IMG/VR virus record: IMGVR_UViG_3300027780_000027
Span: 1 to 42,673 of that record
Origin: a virus
Lineage: Duplodnaviria; Caudoviricetes
Strand: one strand, 5' to 3'
DNA length: 42,673 nt
The notes under the pieces were generated by a model. It was given only the letters and a program-made list of their open reading frames with translations. It was not told the DNA's origin and ran no database searches. Shown piece after piece: positions 1-9,522 of this stretch (within the stretch, counting starts at the first letter, position 1; the number at the start of each line of letters is the position of its first letter). The position numbers and the translations under genes were made by a program.

Positions 1-2234
1 AAACTTTGACCTACAATAGGGACAGCATTAGTGTTTCCAAATGCATTTGGTCCAGCACCTGCGGCTATTCCAAATAAACCAGTAGATCCACCAGCTGCTG
101 CAGTAGTTACAAAATCATTTGCTGTAAATCTTGCTGTACTATTTGTAATTTCAGTACTTCTTTCTCCTTGAACTTGACCTATTGCATAACCAACTCCTAT
201 AAAAGCTGCAATGACAGCAGCACCGTTTCTTAATAACTTAAATTGAGGATGATCTTCGGATGCTTTAAAAGATCCAGAAGATTGTCCTAATAAATCTCCA
301 TATATTCTTGTTTCATAAGCATTTAAAAAAGGTTTAGTAAACATTAAATCAGGTGAAGAAAATGTAAAAACTTTTTTTGAAAAACCTGTAAGAGGTTTAA
401 AATTTTCAATTGAATTTGCAAAATTATTACACCCCTCAGTTCTTTTTAAAGCTCCTGCATCTTCCCCATCATGAAAATATACATCTGGTCTTAAATCATT
501 ATATGGAAAGTTAGGATATAAACCTTGTACCTCACCACCAATTAAATTTTCTGCATTAGGTACTGTGTACTCACGCATGTTTCTAAATAAACCTTTTCCT
601 AAAATAGATTTAGCACCTCCTCTTGATCCTCTTAACAATTCATATCCAACTACATTTGTTATATATGTACCATCATTATATTTTGGTCTTTCTATATTAC
701 CAAACTCAACACCTATTATATTTATAAATTCACCGTCTGTAGTACTAATATGCAAAGGATTATCAGCTCCATCACCACCGCCATCTTCTGCTGGCATTTT
801 ATGATGCCTGATAGGTTTACCGCATAAGTCTCCCCATATATCAGGTCTATTAGATGGATATCTTTCTGTTGATTCCCAGTATCCCATTTTACCTCTTGCA
901 ATTATTGTACTTCCATCTTCTTGAGGTTCATTTACAAGTGTCTGTACTTCTCCGGTATTATAAACTTTAAATACTGGATCCCCATCTGGATCAAGAACAT
1001 TTGTACCAAATATGTTGACATCTTCGTTTTCACCTGCTGGTGCATAAAACTCAGGAGCTCTTCCGGGTATATGATATGATGATGATCTTTCTCCTGTGTT
1101 ATATATCCATCTTATAAAAAATGCATATTGCTCATCTCTCATATAACCAAGTTTGTTACCACCTAAGTGATAATACTGTGATGATATTTGATTTACTACA
1201 AAACTAGTAGTTATGTTATTTGCTATAGGTTGATAATTAAAATCAAATTGTTCGGTAGGGCCTTGTCTAATCAGCCAATCATTAACAACATACATTGCTT
1301 CTGATTTTTCATATGCTGGGCTACGTTGTGGTATTAGACTTAAATCAACCGAAATTAATTGGTCATCAATAAAATCTAAATTAATTTCTTTTCTTTCTGT
1401 ACTATATAATCCTATACGTTTTGCATAGACTTGTCCTTGATTCCTTATTAAAAGAGCAAGTTCAAAAAATTCATAATCTTTATCTAAATTACTTATGTGT
1501 ATATCTAATGATCCATCTGTTCCCTCATGACTCCACAATGATTGCATGTTTGATATACCAATAAAATCTGTAACACGCTGTTCATTTTCTGTATATGCTA
1601 TAAATGCTTGATATGTTCCATTAGCTAACATACCTCCATCTGTTGCTTTTTCTAGTCTTACACAAGGTGTATCAACTAATGGTGCAAGTCTTATTTTTTC
1701 ACAATTTAATCTTCTGGGTTCTACTTCACTATAAACTATACAAGGGTCTCCCGGAGCAGAACTTATATATTGTTTCCAAGGTATGTCATCTATATTTAAA
1801 GCACGTGATGGATTATTAGCATCATCCCAATATACCTGCCACGTACAATCAAAATTTTCTTTTGCTGCACCTGTTATTAAAAATTTTGTATTAAAAGCTA
1901 AACAAGGATCATTAACTAAAGTAGTATACTTACATTCACTATCATCAAACCTACCTATTTCAGAAGATATATTGTCTGTAGAATATACAATCCATTCATC
2001 ACCAAACCTATGTATGGCACCAATAACTGTATAAGGAATAACACCACATTGTAGATTAGATGGTTCGTTTCCAATTACACCCAAGTCACCTTCATTTGAA
2101 TTATTGGCTGCATTACGTGCATTCCACCAACTTTGTGCAGGTTCCATGGATTGCGTAACATCTTTATTCATTCCTTTTATAAAAGAATTTGTAATTACTG
2201 ATGTTGTACCTTGTGCGTTATTTTTTTTTGCCAT
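1..2234 (-). CDS. Tail stabilization/muzzle-like protein (crAss-like), truncated at the window edge
   Basis: Missing from the ORF track, presumably because it runs off the left end. ATG at 2234 gives MAKKNNAQGTTSVITNSFIKGMNKD...ARNA; spot-translated downstream motifs are GYMRDEQYAFFIRWIYNTGERSSSYHIPGR, MGYWESTERYP and GKPIRHHKMP. Lies after ring-like genes, as in crAss-like phages. Confidence 0.8.
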   Translation of the reverse strand, partial: MAKKNNAQGTTSVITNSFIKGMNKDVTQSMEPAQSWWNARNAANNSNEGDLGVIGNEPSNLQCGVIPYTVIGAIHRFGDEWIVYSTDNISSEIGRFDDSECKYTTLVNDPCLAFNTKFLITGAAKENFDCTWQVYWDDANNPSRALNIDDIPWKQYISSAPGDPCIVYSEVEPRRLNCEKIRLAPLVDTPCVRLEKATDGGMLANGTYQAFIAYTENEQRVTDFIGISNMQSLWSHEGTDGSLDIHISNLDKDYEFFELALLIRNQGQVYAKRIGLYSTERKEINLDFIDDQLISVDLSLIPQRSPAYEKSEAMYVVNDWLIRQGPTEQFDFNYQPIANNITTSFVVNQISSQYYHLGGNKLGYMRDEQYAFFIRWIYNTGERSSSYHIPGRAPEFYAPAGENEDVNIFGTNVLDPDGDPVFKVYNTGEVQTLVNEPQEDGSTIIARGKMGYWESTERYPSNRPDIWGDLCGKPIRHHKMPAEDGGGDGADNPLHISTTDGEFINIIGVEFGNIERPKYNDGTYITNVVGYELLRGSRGGAKSILGKGLFRNMREYTVPNAENLIGGEVQGLYPNFPYNDLRPDVYFHDGEDAGALKRTEGCNNFANSIENFKPLTGFSKKVFTFSSPDLMFTKPFLNAYETRIYGDLLGQSSGSFKASEDHPQFKLLRNGAAVIAAFIGVGYAIGQVQGERSTEITNSTARFTANDFVTTAAAGGSTGLFGIAAGAGPNAFGNTNAVPIVGQS

Positions 2235-2251
2235 AGTAGTTTACCTCTTTA

Positions 2252-3211
2252 TTAACAAGATGAACCTGTTGAATTTGATGTGTTTGAAGTAGCCGTACTT
2301 AATGCCCCATTTCCTATAACTCTAGGATTTACAGGAGGGTGACTTAAAAACATATTGTAATAATTATGATATTGCGCTCTTCTGTTCATTGTCCAAACTT
2401 TTCTCATTTCTTGGAAGTTGGGTGTATTAACAAAACTTAATGCATTATTTCTAGCAGCTCTCAACCTTGTTTCTACTAAACTTAATTGTTGACTAACATT
2501 TTCTCCTTGCCATACCATGTTTTCTAAAATTCTTTGCTTTAATGCATACTCATAATATTCATTACAATATGGTTGATCTAATACTAATAAATCTCCATTA
2601 GGTGATTCCATAGCACCCTGATAACTAAGATATACTTTACCAGATCTAAAAGAAGTATTTAAAAAACCATCTACAACTTCTGCAATGTCAGGAGCTTGTG
2701 CACCAAGAGAAGGGCAAAAACATGTTTCAGTATTAACACCTTGTATTCGTAATTGCATAAAAGTACTATATGTTCTAAATTGATTAGGTCCAATTCTTTG
2801 TACCAATTGATGACTGTTTTTATCATCACAAGTTTTTATAACACATACATCTTTACATACTTGCCCATCTTCACATGGTGCTATTTCACCTGGAGCAGGG
2901 ACGTAGGGTACATCATTAAATGTTTCTACATGTGTACCTGATGGCATGGTTGCATTTATTTTATATTCACCACATAAAAAAGCATAATTAAGAAATGCAA
3001 AATCTCTAGGTAATTGCCCACGTCCATGTTCAATATCTATAACAACTTCTTTAGTTCTGTGAATGCGTAAACCTAAATCATAATTAACACGGGTTGCAAC
3101 TTTAATAAGTTGTTGAGGTTCAATTAACCCTTCTAATGCATAATTAGAAAAATCAATAGACACATCTTCTATTAATTGTGTAAATGTTCTATATTTATTT
3201 GATACTCCCAT
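2252..3211 (-). CDS. Putative tail ring/tubular (neck) protein
   Basis: 319 aa directly upstream of the muzzle gene; GRGQLPRDF and GKVYLSYQG...LLVLD motifs resemble crAss-like ring proteins. Function inferred from synteny. Confidence 0.6.
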   Translation of the reverse strand: MGVSNKYRTFTQLIEDVSIDFSNYALEGLIEPQQLIKVATRVNYDLGLRIHRTKEVVIDIEHGRGQLPRDFAFLNYAFLCGEYKINATMPSGTHVETFNDVPYVPAPGEIAPCEDGQVCKDVCVIKTCDDKNSHQLVQRIGPNQFRTYSTFMQLRIQGVNTETCFCPSLGAQAPDIAEVVDGFLNTSFRSGKVYLSYQGAMESPNGDLLVLDQPYCNEYYEYALKQRILENMVWQGENVSQQLSLVETRLRAARNNALSFVNTPNFQEMRKVWTMNRRAQYHNYYNMFLSHPPVNPRVIGNGALSTATSNTSNSTGSSC

Positions 3212-3882
3212 TATCTATTTATATTAATTTTGTTATCAGAATCTTCAGCAGGAACTTGCATTGTACCCATCATTATATTTATAACTTGACTTTCTATTTC
3301 TGCAAATAAAGCTTCTGGAATATATATTGGTTGATTATATCTAGGTGTACAATCATCTTCTGTTTGACAATTCCATTTTGTAATATCAGAATTAAATACT
3401 CCTTCAAGTTTTAAAGCTTCCCATTCTATATTAGGAGAGTATATATATCCATCTAACCACCAAAAATATCTTGTTGTATTGTATTTAAAAGAAGTTGTTT
3501 TGGTCATAGAAGTGTATGTACCAGGCTGAGTTGCTTGAAGTTCTTGAGATCCATCTATAGAACTTACAGTACGGATAAGAGGTCCCCAATATCCTTCTAT
3601 CATAGATGGCAATCTTACTTTAGAACGTTTAATTAAACATCCACTTGTTATTCCCGCACAATGTGCTTCAACTTTATCTACATCAATTAATTCAATATAT
3701 GGTAATGTTTTCCAAACAGAATTAAACTTCATTAATTTATTAGCATAATCTTGCCTACGCATTAATACTTGTGCAAACTTTTCTATTAAACTATATATAT
3801 ACCTATCTGTTACATAAGCATCTTGAACCTCTGCTTTTACTTGACCTCTAATTCTTGATACTGCTTCTGCTATTGTTGACAT
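3211..3882 (-). CDS. Putative tail ring protein
   Basis: 223 aa, TAATG-coupled to the next gene; motifs TDRYIYSLI, LPSMI and YFWWLDGYIY. Function inferred from synteny. Confidence 0.55.
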   Translation of the reverse strand: MSTIAEAVSRIRGQVKAEVQDAYVTDRYIYSLIEKFAQVLMRRQDYANKLMKFNSVWKTLPYIELIDVDKVEAHCAGITSGCLIKRSKVRLPSMIEGYWGPLIRTVSSIDGSQELQATQPGTYTSMTKTTSFKYNTTRYFWWLDGYIYSPNIEWEALKLEGVFNSDITKWNCQTEDDCTPRYNQPIYIPEALFAEIESQVINIMMGTMQVPAEDSDNKININR

Positions 3883-3887
3883 TTTTT

Positions 3888-4454
3888 TTATGTTTCAAAT
3901 TCATTATAATTTTCTAAAGCATTTTTTGTTTGTTCAACATTTTGATTATATAAATGAGCAACTCTATATTTATTTTTCATAACTACATATTTAGTCCAAT
4001 TTTCTGGATAACTTTTAGCTACTGCTCTTTTAAATTTTCTACTTGCTACAAAACGCCATAGACCTCTATTTTTAAATCTGTACTTTGTTGACCAATTTGT
4101 ATAAAATATTTTTGCTAAATTTCCATCAGTCTCCCAATTTTTATTTTGCAATACTTTGTCATATTGATATGATAAAGTATAATTTGGATTTACTGATTTA
4201 GCAGATGGGCATGTACCTATAAATAAATATCCTAATGAATCAGGAAATTCAACACCATCTCTATATTCTATTGCCGCATTCCAAAGTTTTGCATTATACA
4301 GTTTTATTATATTTTTTAATTTATTATTATCTATATTAGAATACAAAGGTTTTTTTTCCTTAAATTCTTTTATAGTTTCTTCATTTAATAGACCTAATCT
4401 TTTTTCTCTATATCTTGGAGCATTTAAATCAGGTTTTTTAAAGTTGTTAATCAT
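3888..4454 (-). CDS. Basic HU/IHF-like DNA-binding protein (crAss-like IHF family)
   Basis: 188 aa, Lys-rich, with GVEFPDSLGYLFIG and C-terminal FVASRKFKRAV; crAss-like phages carry IHF-like genes at this position. Confidence 0.55.
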   Translation of the reverse strand: MINNFKKPDLNAPRYREKRLGLLNEETIKEFKEKKPLYSNIDNNKLKNIIKLYNAKLWNAAIEYRDGVEFPDSLGYLFIGTCPSAKSVNPNYTLSYQYDKVLQNKNWETDGNLAKIFYTNWSTKYRFKNRGLWRFVASRKFKRAVAKSYPENWTKYVVMKNKYRVAHLYNQNVEQTKNALENYNEFET

Positions 4455-4475
4455 ACAGTTTATATTTATAATTTA

Positions 4476-4512
4476 CAAAAAAAACCCCAATTAATGAAAT
4501 TAAATTGAGGTC
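4476..4512 (-). terminator. Intrinsic terminator after the phosphoesterase gene
   Basis: Minus strand ACCTCAATT...AATTGGGGT stem followed by a T run. Confidence 0.6.
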
Positions 4513-4513
4513 A

Positions 4514-5737
4514 TTATAATGCTTGATAAGTTAATTCGCATATATTACCCATTGTTGGATGTTGAATTTCTAATTTTCCAGATCTTCTATTTCCTGTAAA
4601 TTTATTGCTATGGTGATAATAATCTGCTTTTCCTAGACTAGGTAAAGTTTTTTCTATAAAGCCTGCTGTTTCGTTAGACGTCATATACTCTACTTTTCTA
4701 TCTGTATGTATGTGGCCTTTAAATAAAGTTCTATTTGTTGTGGCCCCCCATTGTTCTGGATATTCAGAAGCAAATATTAATGGGTTATTTTTACTTCGTT
4801 TATCACCATGTTCAAAAGCATTAAAGTTATTACCCCAAACATGAACTTTTCTTTCTTCATACTTAACATCCCAAATTATTTTATCACATATAATAGATTT
4901 AGATAGTGCATGCGCCAGATGAAAAGAAGATAATCTATCATGATTTCCTGGAACATAAACTATAACCAACTCTTTACAATATGCTTTTATATAATTTATT
5001 GCCCAATGCATAGCATCAAAAGCTTGCCTATATGCTTCTGTAGCGCTCATACAGTTATCCAATGGTGTTCCGCTTGTAGTTGTGCCATGAAATGTATCCA
5101 TGTTGATTAAATCACCTCCTACAACAAAATACATTTTTTCTATATAATGAATAGCTTGAGCTCTTTGAACTAAGTTTATAACTGTATCTTCAAAATCTTT
5201 ATCTATTGTATCATTACCTTCTTTTCCAAAGTGTATGTCTTGTAATGATATAACTGCACAATGACCTTCATCAGAAAATTTATTTTTGTAAGGCGTGTTT
5301 GGTATTTTATATTTTTTTGGTTCCCAGTTTTCTAATAGATCTTTAAAAAACTTCTGTTCTGGATTTTTAATTTGAGAAATTAAAGCAGATACTCTCCAAT
5401 GGTCTCCCATTTGTTTATTCCAATATTGAGAAAGTTTCCATTTATCTGTGTCTATTTTTAATAAAGAAACTATTTCTGTTGCAGACTTTGGTTCATGATC
5501 AAAAGTACCTGATATTTTACCGGTTCCATTTTCTAGATCTATTGATTCAGTAACATTAACATCTTTTGATGCTTCATATAAAAGCTTTAATCTTTTTTTT
5601 TCTTTTTTTAAACTTTTAAGAAGATCATACTTAATTTTTTTATATACCTTTTCAGTAATATTTAATCTAGCTGCACAATATGTAGGAGATTTTTTCCATT
5701 TCAAACTGTCCAGAACTTTTTGTGTTAAACTGTTCAT
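4514..5737 (-). CDS. Calcineurin-like metallophosphoesterase with possible N-terminal HTH
   Basis: All five motifs present: DIHFG, GGDLIN, PGNHD, EHGD, GHIH. Confidence 0.85.
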   Translation of the reverse strand: MNSLTQKVLDSLKWKKSPTYCAARLNITEKVYKKIKYDLLKSLKKEKKRLKLLYEASKDVNVTESIDLENGTGKISGTFDHEPKSATEIVSLLKIDTDKWKLSQYWNKQMGDHWRVSALISQIKNPEQKFFKDLLENWEPKKYKIPNTPYKNKFSDEGHCAVISLQDIHFGKEGNDTIDKDFEDTVINLVQRAQAIHYIEKMYFVVGGDLINMDTFHGTTTSGTPLDNCMSATEAYRQAFDAMHWAINYIKAYCKELVIVYVPGNHDRLSSFHLAHALSKSIICDKIIWDVKYEERKVHVWGNNFNAFEHGDKRSKNNPLIFASEYPEQWGATTNRTLFKGHIHTDRKVEYMTSNETAGFIEKTLPSLGKADYYHHSNKFTGNRRSGKLEIQHPTMGNICELTYQAL

Positions 5738-5774
5738 GTAGTTATTAATTAAAATTATTTACAGTAAAGATAAG

Positions 5775-5808
5775 AAAAAAAAAAGAGACTGGTGAAAACC
5801 AGCCTCTT
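5775..5808 (-). terminator. Intrinsic terminator
   Basis: Minus strand AAGAGGCTGGT-TTTC-ACCAGTCTCTT followed by a long T run. Confidence 0.8.
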
Positions 5809-5855
5809 ACAACTCTTGTGGTAGAAAACCAACAAACCACCACTCTGTTGTTTTT

Positions 5856-6416
5856 TTATACTGCTAATGTTGAAAATAAAATTTCTATTGGATCACATCC
5901 TGCACTAATTCCAGCAGTTACAACTTTAACTTTATAAGCTGTACTAGCTGTTAAATTTGTAATAGTATAGTTTGTAATACTTGTAACAGCCGGTGTTGTA
6001 TTTGCCAACACCCATCCTGACGGTGCTACTTGAGTATCAATGTATATATTAGTTCCTGTAGAAAGACTAGACATTCCATCCCATATAATATTTGCAGTGC
6101 TAGAAGTAATAACACCTGCGTACACATTATAAGGATCATGTAATACATCATTAGATGTACAAGTTCCTAAACCATTTGATAAAATCATAGCAAATTTTTG
6201 TATAATAGAATCCAGGCGTTCTCCTGACGTTATAACTAAAAGTGAACTAGGATCACCTATTTGAAAAGATGTACCACAATAGCTTACGCAAGAGGCACAT
6301 TGGACATCATCACACCTTTCACTACCCACACTACAATCAGTATAGGTACAAGCATTGGTTAATGCTGTATCAGCACATCCACATTTACTATTGCATTTTG
6401 TACAATTACAAGCCAT
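5856..6416 (-). CDS. Cys-rich virion protein with C-terminal fibronectin type III-like domain
   Basis: N-terminus CNCTKCNSKCGC; C-terminal ITSSTANIIW...YTITNLTASTAYKVKV fits the FN3 pattern. Confidence 0.7.
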   Translation of the reverse strand: MACNCTKCNSKCGCADTALTNACTYTDCSVGSERCDDVQCASCVSYCGTSFQIGDPSSLLVITSGERLDSIIQKFAMILSNGLGTCTSNDVLHDPYNVYAGVITSSTANIIWDGMSSLSTGTNIYIDTQVAPSGWVLANTTPAVTSITNYTITNLTASTAYKVKVVTAGISAGCDPIEILFSTLAV

Positions 6417-6433
6417 TTTTTATTTTTTTAATT

Positions 6434-8692
6434 TTATGAACAACCAGCAACTATTTCTGCTGATATTGTTGAAGGATCTTCATCTACATTCCAATTACCT
6501 CCAGTATTAATTGATAAGTCTCTCCATGGATAAGTTGTAGTTAATCCATTTACATATGTTGCTGATGTTCCTGGTCCACAAACAAATATTTTAATTCCGT
6601 TTAATAGTGCTGTACTTTGAAGAGAATTTAATCTTGCAACATCCGTACTATTAAATACATCATCATCTCCACCTGGAAGTGCATCAGTAATAATAATAAC
6701 ATACTTTGCTACATTTGATCTAAAGGCTCCTGTAAATGCACTAGCTTCTATTACTTGACCTAAAGCCATATCCGTTGGTTCCGGTGCTCCACTACCAGCA
6801 CCTAAAGGTACACCAGCTGTTGGTACTCCTGTATTAAGTTTATTTAATTGTGCAGTAAATGATGTACCATTGTTAGTTTGGAACATTTCCCACGCTGTTA
6901 TAACTTGTTTATCGGCAGTACCTGTATTAATAATTCTTTGTGCTGCAGGTAAAGCTACATAATCTGTAGAAGTTAAATAAGTTGGTATTGGTGATGCAGA
7001 TAATCCATATTCATCAGCAGTAACTAAACTAATTCTATAATCATTTGCTCCTGAAGATGTATCTATTGTATTAATTAATGAAGCAGCTCCTGTTTTAATT
7101 GCATCAATTGAAGTACCCATACTACCTGTATAATCAATAATAAATGCTACATCCATTCCTGAAGTACATGCTAAAGCTGCACTTAACGAACTAAACAATA
7201 CTGAATCTGCACATATTGTTGTTGCTCCATTTAAACTTACTGTTATTTTTGTTGAATAATTTGTATTAGGTAATAAACCAGTAAAAATATGTGAAACACT
7301 AGAGCTTGGATTATTTTGTGTATATGTTGCTGTAATTGCACTTGTAGATACATTAATTATATCTATTACATATGTTGCTATTGAACCTAATGCATTAGGG
7401 AATGTTATTGTTGCTTGCGTTGCTGAAATTGCAGATGCAATAACGCCTGTTGGGCATGGTAACACACCAGCAATAACACTTGTTTGTGTTTCAGTACATG
7501 TATCTATATTGTCTGTTACACAAAAAGCAACTGATGTACTTAAATCTTGTTGTGTATTTAATGTTCCTACATTAATTATTACTCCGGCTGCACTATTTTG
7601 TAAAGAAGCTACACTTACTAAAGAAGTAACTGCAACACCATTAACATCTGTTATTGTAATAATAGTTGACCCTGAACAGTCGTTAAATGCAGCAGGTATA
7701 GAAGATGTTTGAAAATTAAAATTAATACCTGAAATTGTTGATGCTGAAGTTAAAGTATTTGTTGTTGTGTATCCAAACACAACACTATCACATCCTGTAG
7801 GACAGCAATTTAATTGTATGTTTGATATAGAAGTGTACATATCATCTATTACTACCCATGCATTTTGAACTGTTTGCGCAAGATTAACTGGACTAGAATT
7901 CCATCCCGCAATACTTCCGTAATTACTTCCTGGATTTGTTAACTGAGCTGTTGCAGATGTTAATGAGGTTTGACCAATAGTTAATAAAATTGCTGCAGGT
8001 AATCCAACAGCAGTTTCCAATGCACAAAATCTAACTTCTAATGCAAGCACTAATACAGAAACATCTGTTAATACAGCAGGTAATACACATGTTGGAACAA
8101 CTTGTTTTTCAGCTACTACACCAGTGCATGGAAGCACACAAGCTTCTAAAACATTTAATCTAGTGTTATAAGAAGTTAATGTTGTATTTATTATGTTTAT
8201 ACTTGCTAAATTAGTACAAACTTGATTTGCTATAAGTGTAGCAAAAAGGTCTAAACGTAATTCTGTAACCGGGTTTCCATTAGGATCATTATACTGCAAA
8301 CATGCAGGTAATGTCATTATAGGAAGTGTGTCTGTTGTTTGTGCTATTTTAGATAGATTGCTAAAACCTGGTGTTGAAATAGGGCCACCTACCCCTGTTG
8401 CAGAATTTGCACATATTTGAGTAACCATTGCCTGTAGAACAGGAACTAATTCCGTTGGTGTTATTCCTTGTATATTTAAACAGCTTAAATTTAAACCAGC
8501 TAAACTAGGATTAGCAACTACACCATCTGTTATAAGAGTACAAACTTCTGTTGCTAATTTAAATACTACTTCGGTAATTGTATCACCACTGCATAAATTA
8601 ATACATGCAATATCTGGACCTTGCCAAATTACACAATTAGATGAGATGCTATCACATCCGTTTGTTGAATTGCTAGAATTAGTTGGAATCAT
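6434..8692 (-). CDS. Cys-rich virion/fibre protein with FN3 and C-terminal von Willebrand factor A domain
   Basis: FN3 signature FTGLLPNTNYSTKI; VWA start DVAFIIDYTGSMG (MIDAS-like) and IIITDA; N-terminal coiled-coil segments. Confidence 0.8.
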   Translation of the reverse strand: MIPTNSSNSTNGCDSISSNCVIWQGPDIACINLCSGDTITEVVFKLATEVCTLITDGVVANPSLAGLNLSCLNIQGITPTELVPVLQAMVTQICANSATGVGGPISTPGFSNLSKIAQTTDTLPIMTLPACLQYNDPNGNPVTELRLDLFATLIANQVCTNLASINIINTTLTSYNTRLNVLEACVLPCTGVVAEKQVVPTCVLPAVLTDVSVLVLALEVRFCALETAVGLPAAILLTIGQTSLTSATAQLTNPGSNYGSIAGWNSSPVNLAQTVQNAWVVIDDMYTSISNIQLNCCPTGCDSVVFGYTTTNTLTSASTISGINFNFQTSSIPAAFNDCSGSTIITITDVNGVAVTSLVSVASLQNSAAGVIINVGTLNTQQDLSTSVAFCVTDNIDTCTETQTSVIAGVLPCPTGVIASAISATQATITFPNALGSIATYVIDIINVSTSAITATYTQNNPSSSVSHIFTGLLPNTNYSTKITVSLNGATTICADSVLFSSLSAALACTSGMDVAFIIDYTGSMGTSIDAIKTGAASLINTIDTSSGANDYRISLVTADEYGLSASPIPTYLTSTDYVALPAAQRIINTGTADKQVITAWEMFQTNNGTSFTAQLNKLNTGVPTAGVPLGAGSGAPEPTDMALGQVIEASAFTGAFRSNVAKYVIIITDALPGGDDDVFNSTDVARLNSLQSTALLNGIKIFVCGPGTSATYVNGLTTTYPWRDLSINTGGNWNVDEDPSTISAEIVAGCS

Positions 8693-8744
8693 ATATATAT
8701 TTTTTACTATAATTGTAATGTGATCTTACAATCTATACAATTAT

Positions 8745-8754
8745 AATATACAAA
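8745..8754 (-). promoter_or_regulatory. Recurring TTTGTATATT motif (putative late promoter)
   Basis: Same 10-mer on the minus strand upstream of genes at 8745, 10127, 11865 and 34151; one-mismatch copy at 4470. Confidence 0.55.
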
Positions 8755-8832
8755 ATTTTTTAAAACCAAACAAGCTAATGTTAGTTTTAAAAAATTTTGA
8801 TAAATAGATCCAATAAAAAAATAAAATTATTT

Positions 8833-9075
8833 TTATGCGTTATCTTCTATTGGTGAAAGTGTTCCATCTTCAAGACTTATATTAACAGCACCATACTTTT
8901 TTTCTAAAGTTTGAGTCATTGTTTTCCAAGCTTCTTGAAGTTCAAGATGTTTACTTATCATTTGATTTTTAACTACTTCTGCATTACCAATATTTAATAA
9001 TGCTTGTTGTATTTCATTTTGTTGTTCTTTTACTTCTTCAAGTTCTTTAGAAGTAATTTTTTTTGTTTTTGACAT
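8833..9075 (-). CDS. Small coiled-coil hypothetical protein
   Basis: 80 aa ending LEKKYGAVNISLEDG, a type often found near fibre genes in Bacteroidota phages. Confidence 0.7.
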   Translation of the reverse strand: MSKTKKITSKELEEVKEQQNEIQQALLNIGNAEVVKNQMISKHLELQEAWKTMTQTLEKKYGAVNISLEDGTLSPIEDNA

Positions 9076-9125
9076 TTGTTTTGGTTTTTTATTTATATAT
9101 ATAATTCAAATATAATAAATAAATT

Positions 9126-9323
9126 TTATTTATTTTGCCAATCACATAAAAAATGATTCATTACTGAATTTTCATAATCAACAAAACAACAAGGGCTAAT
9201 ACCAAATTTTTTTTCTCTAAAAGCTATATACACTTGTTGAGCAAAGTTTTGTTCAATGCTAATTTTTTTGTTTAATGAAAGCTCTTTAATATAATCAGTG
9301 TTAGGTCTTTTTGCTATAGCCAT
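9126..9323 (-). CDS. Small hypothetical structural-region protein
   Basis: 65 aa, co-oriented with its neighbours, FGISPCC motif. Confidence 0.6.
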   Translation of the reverse strand: MAIAKRPNTDYIKELSLNKKISIEQNFAQQVYIAFREKKFGISPCCFVDYENSVMNHFLCDWQNK

Positions 9324-9327
9324 TTTA

Positions 9328-9501
9328 TTAATTTCTTAAATTTTGTATTTGTTGTTTTGCTAAATCCTGTGATAAATTATTTTTATTATTAGCATTATTT
9401 TTTGATTCTGATTCACAATTTTTACAAACTATTGATCCATCAGCTAAAGTATTTTTTTGACATCCGCATGTAAATACTCTATTACATTTACTGCAATTCA
9501 T
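9328..9501 (-). CDS. Small Cys-rich (Zn-finger-like) protein, 57 aa, not in ORF track
   Basis: MNCSKCNRVFTCGCQKNTLADGSIVCKNCESE...; fills the gap between neighbours and has an AAAACCAA leader. Confidence 0.7.
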   Translation of the reverse strand: MNCSKCNRVFTCGCQKNTLADGSIVCKNCESESKNNANNKNNLSQDLAKQQIQNLRN

Positions 9502-9522
9502 AATTTTGGTTTTAAATTAAAT

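Noticed and set aside
565-2941. Short plus-strand ORFs over the left end (and similar antisense ORFs throughout 7509-34125)
   Set aside because: They are antisense shadows of long minus-strand genes with recognisable motifs.
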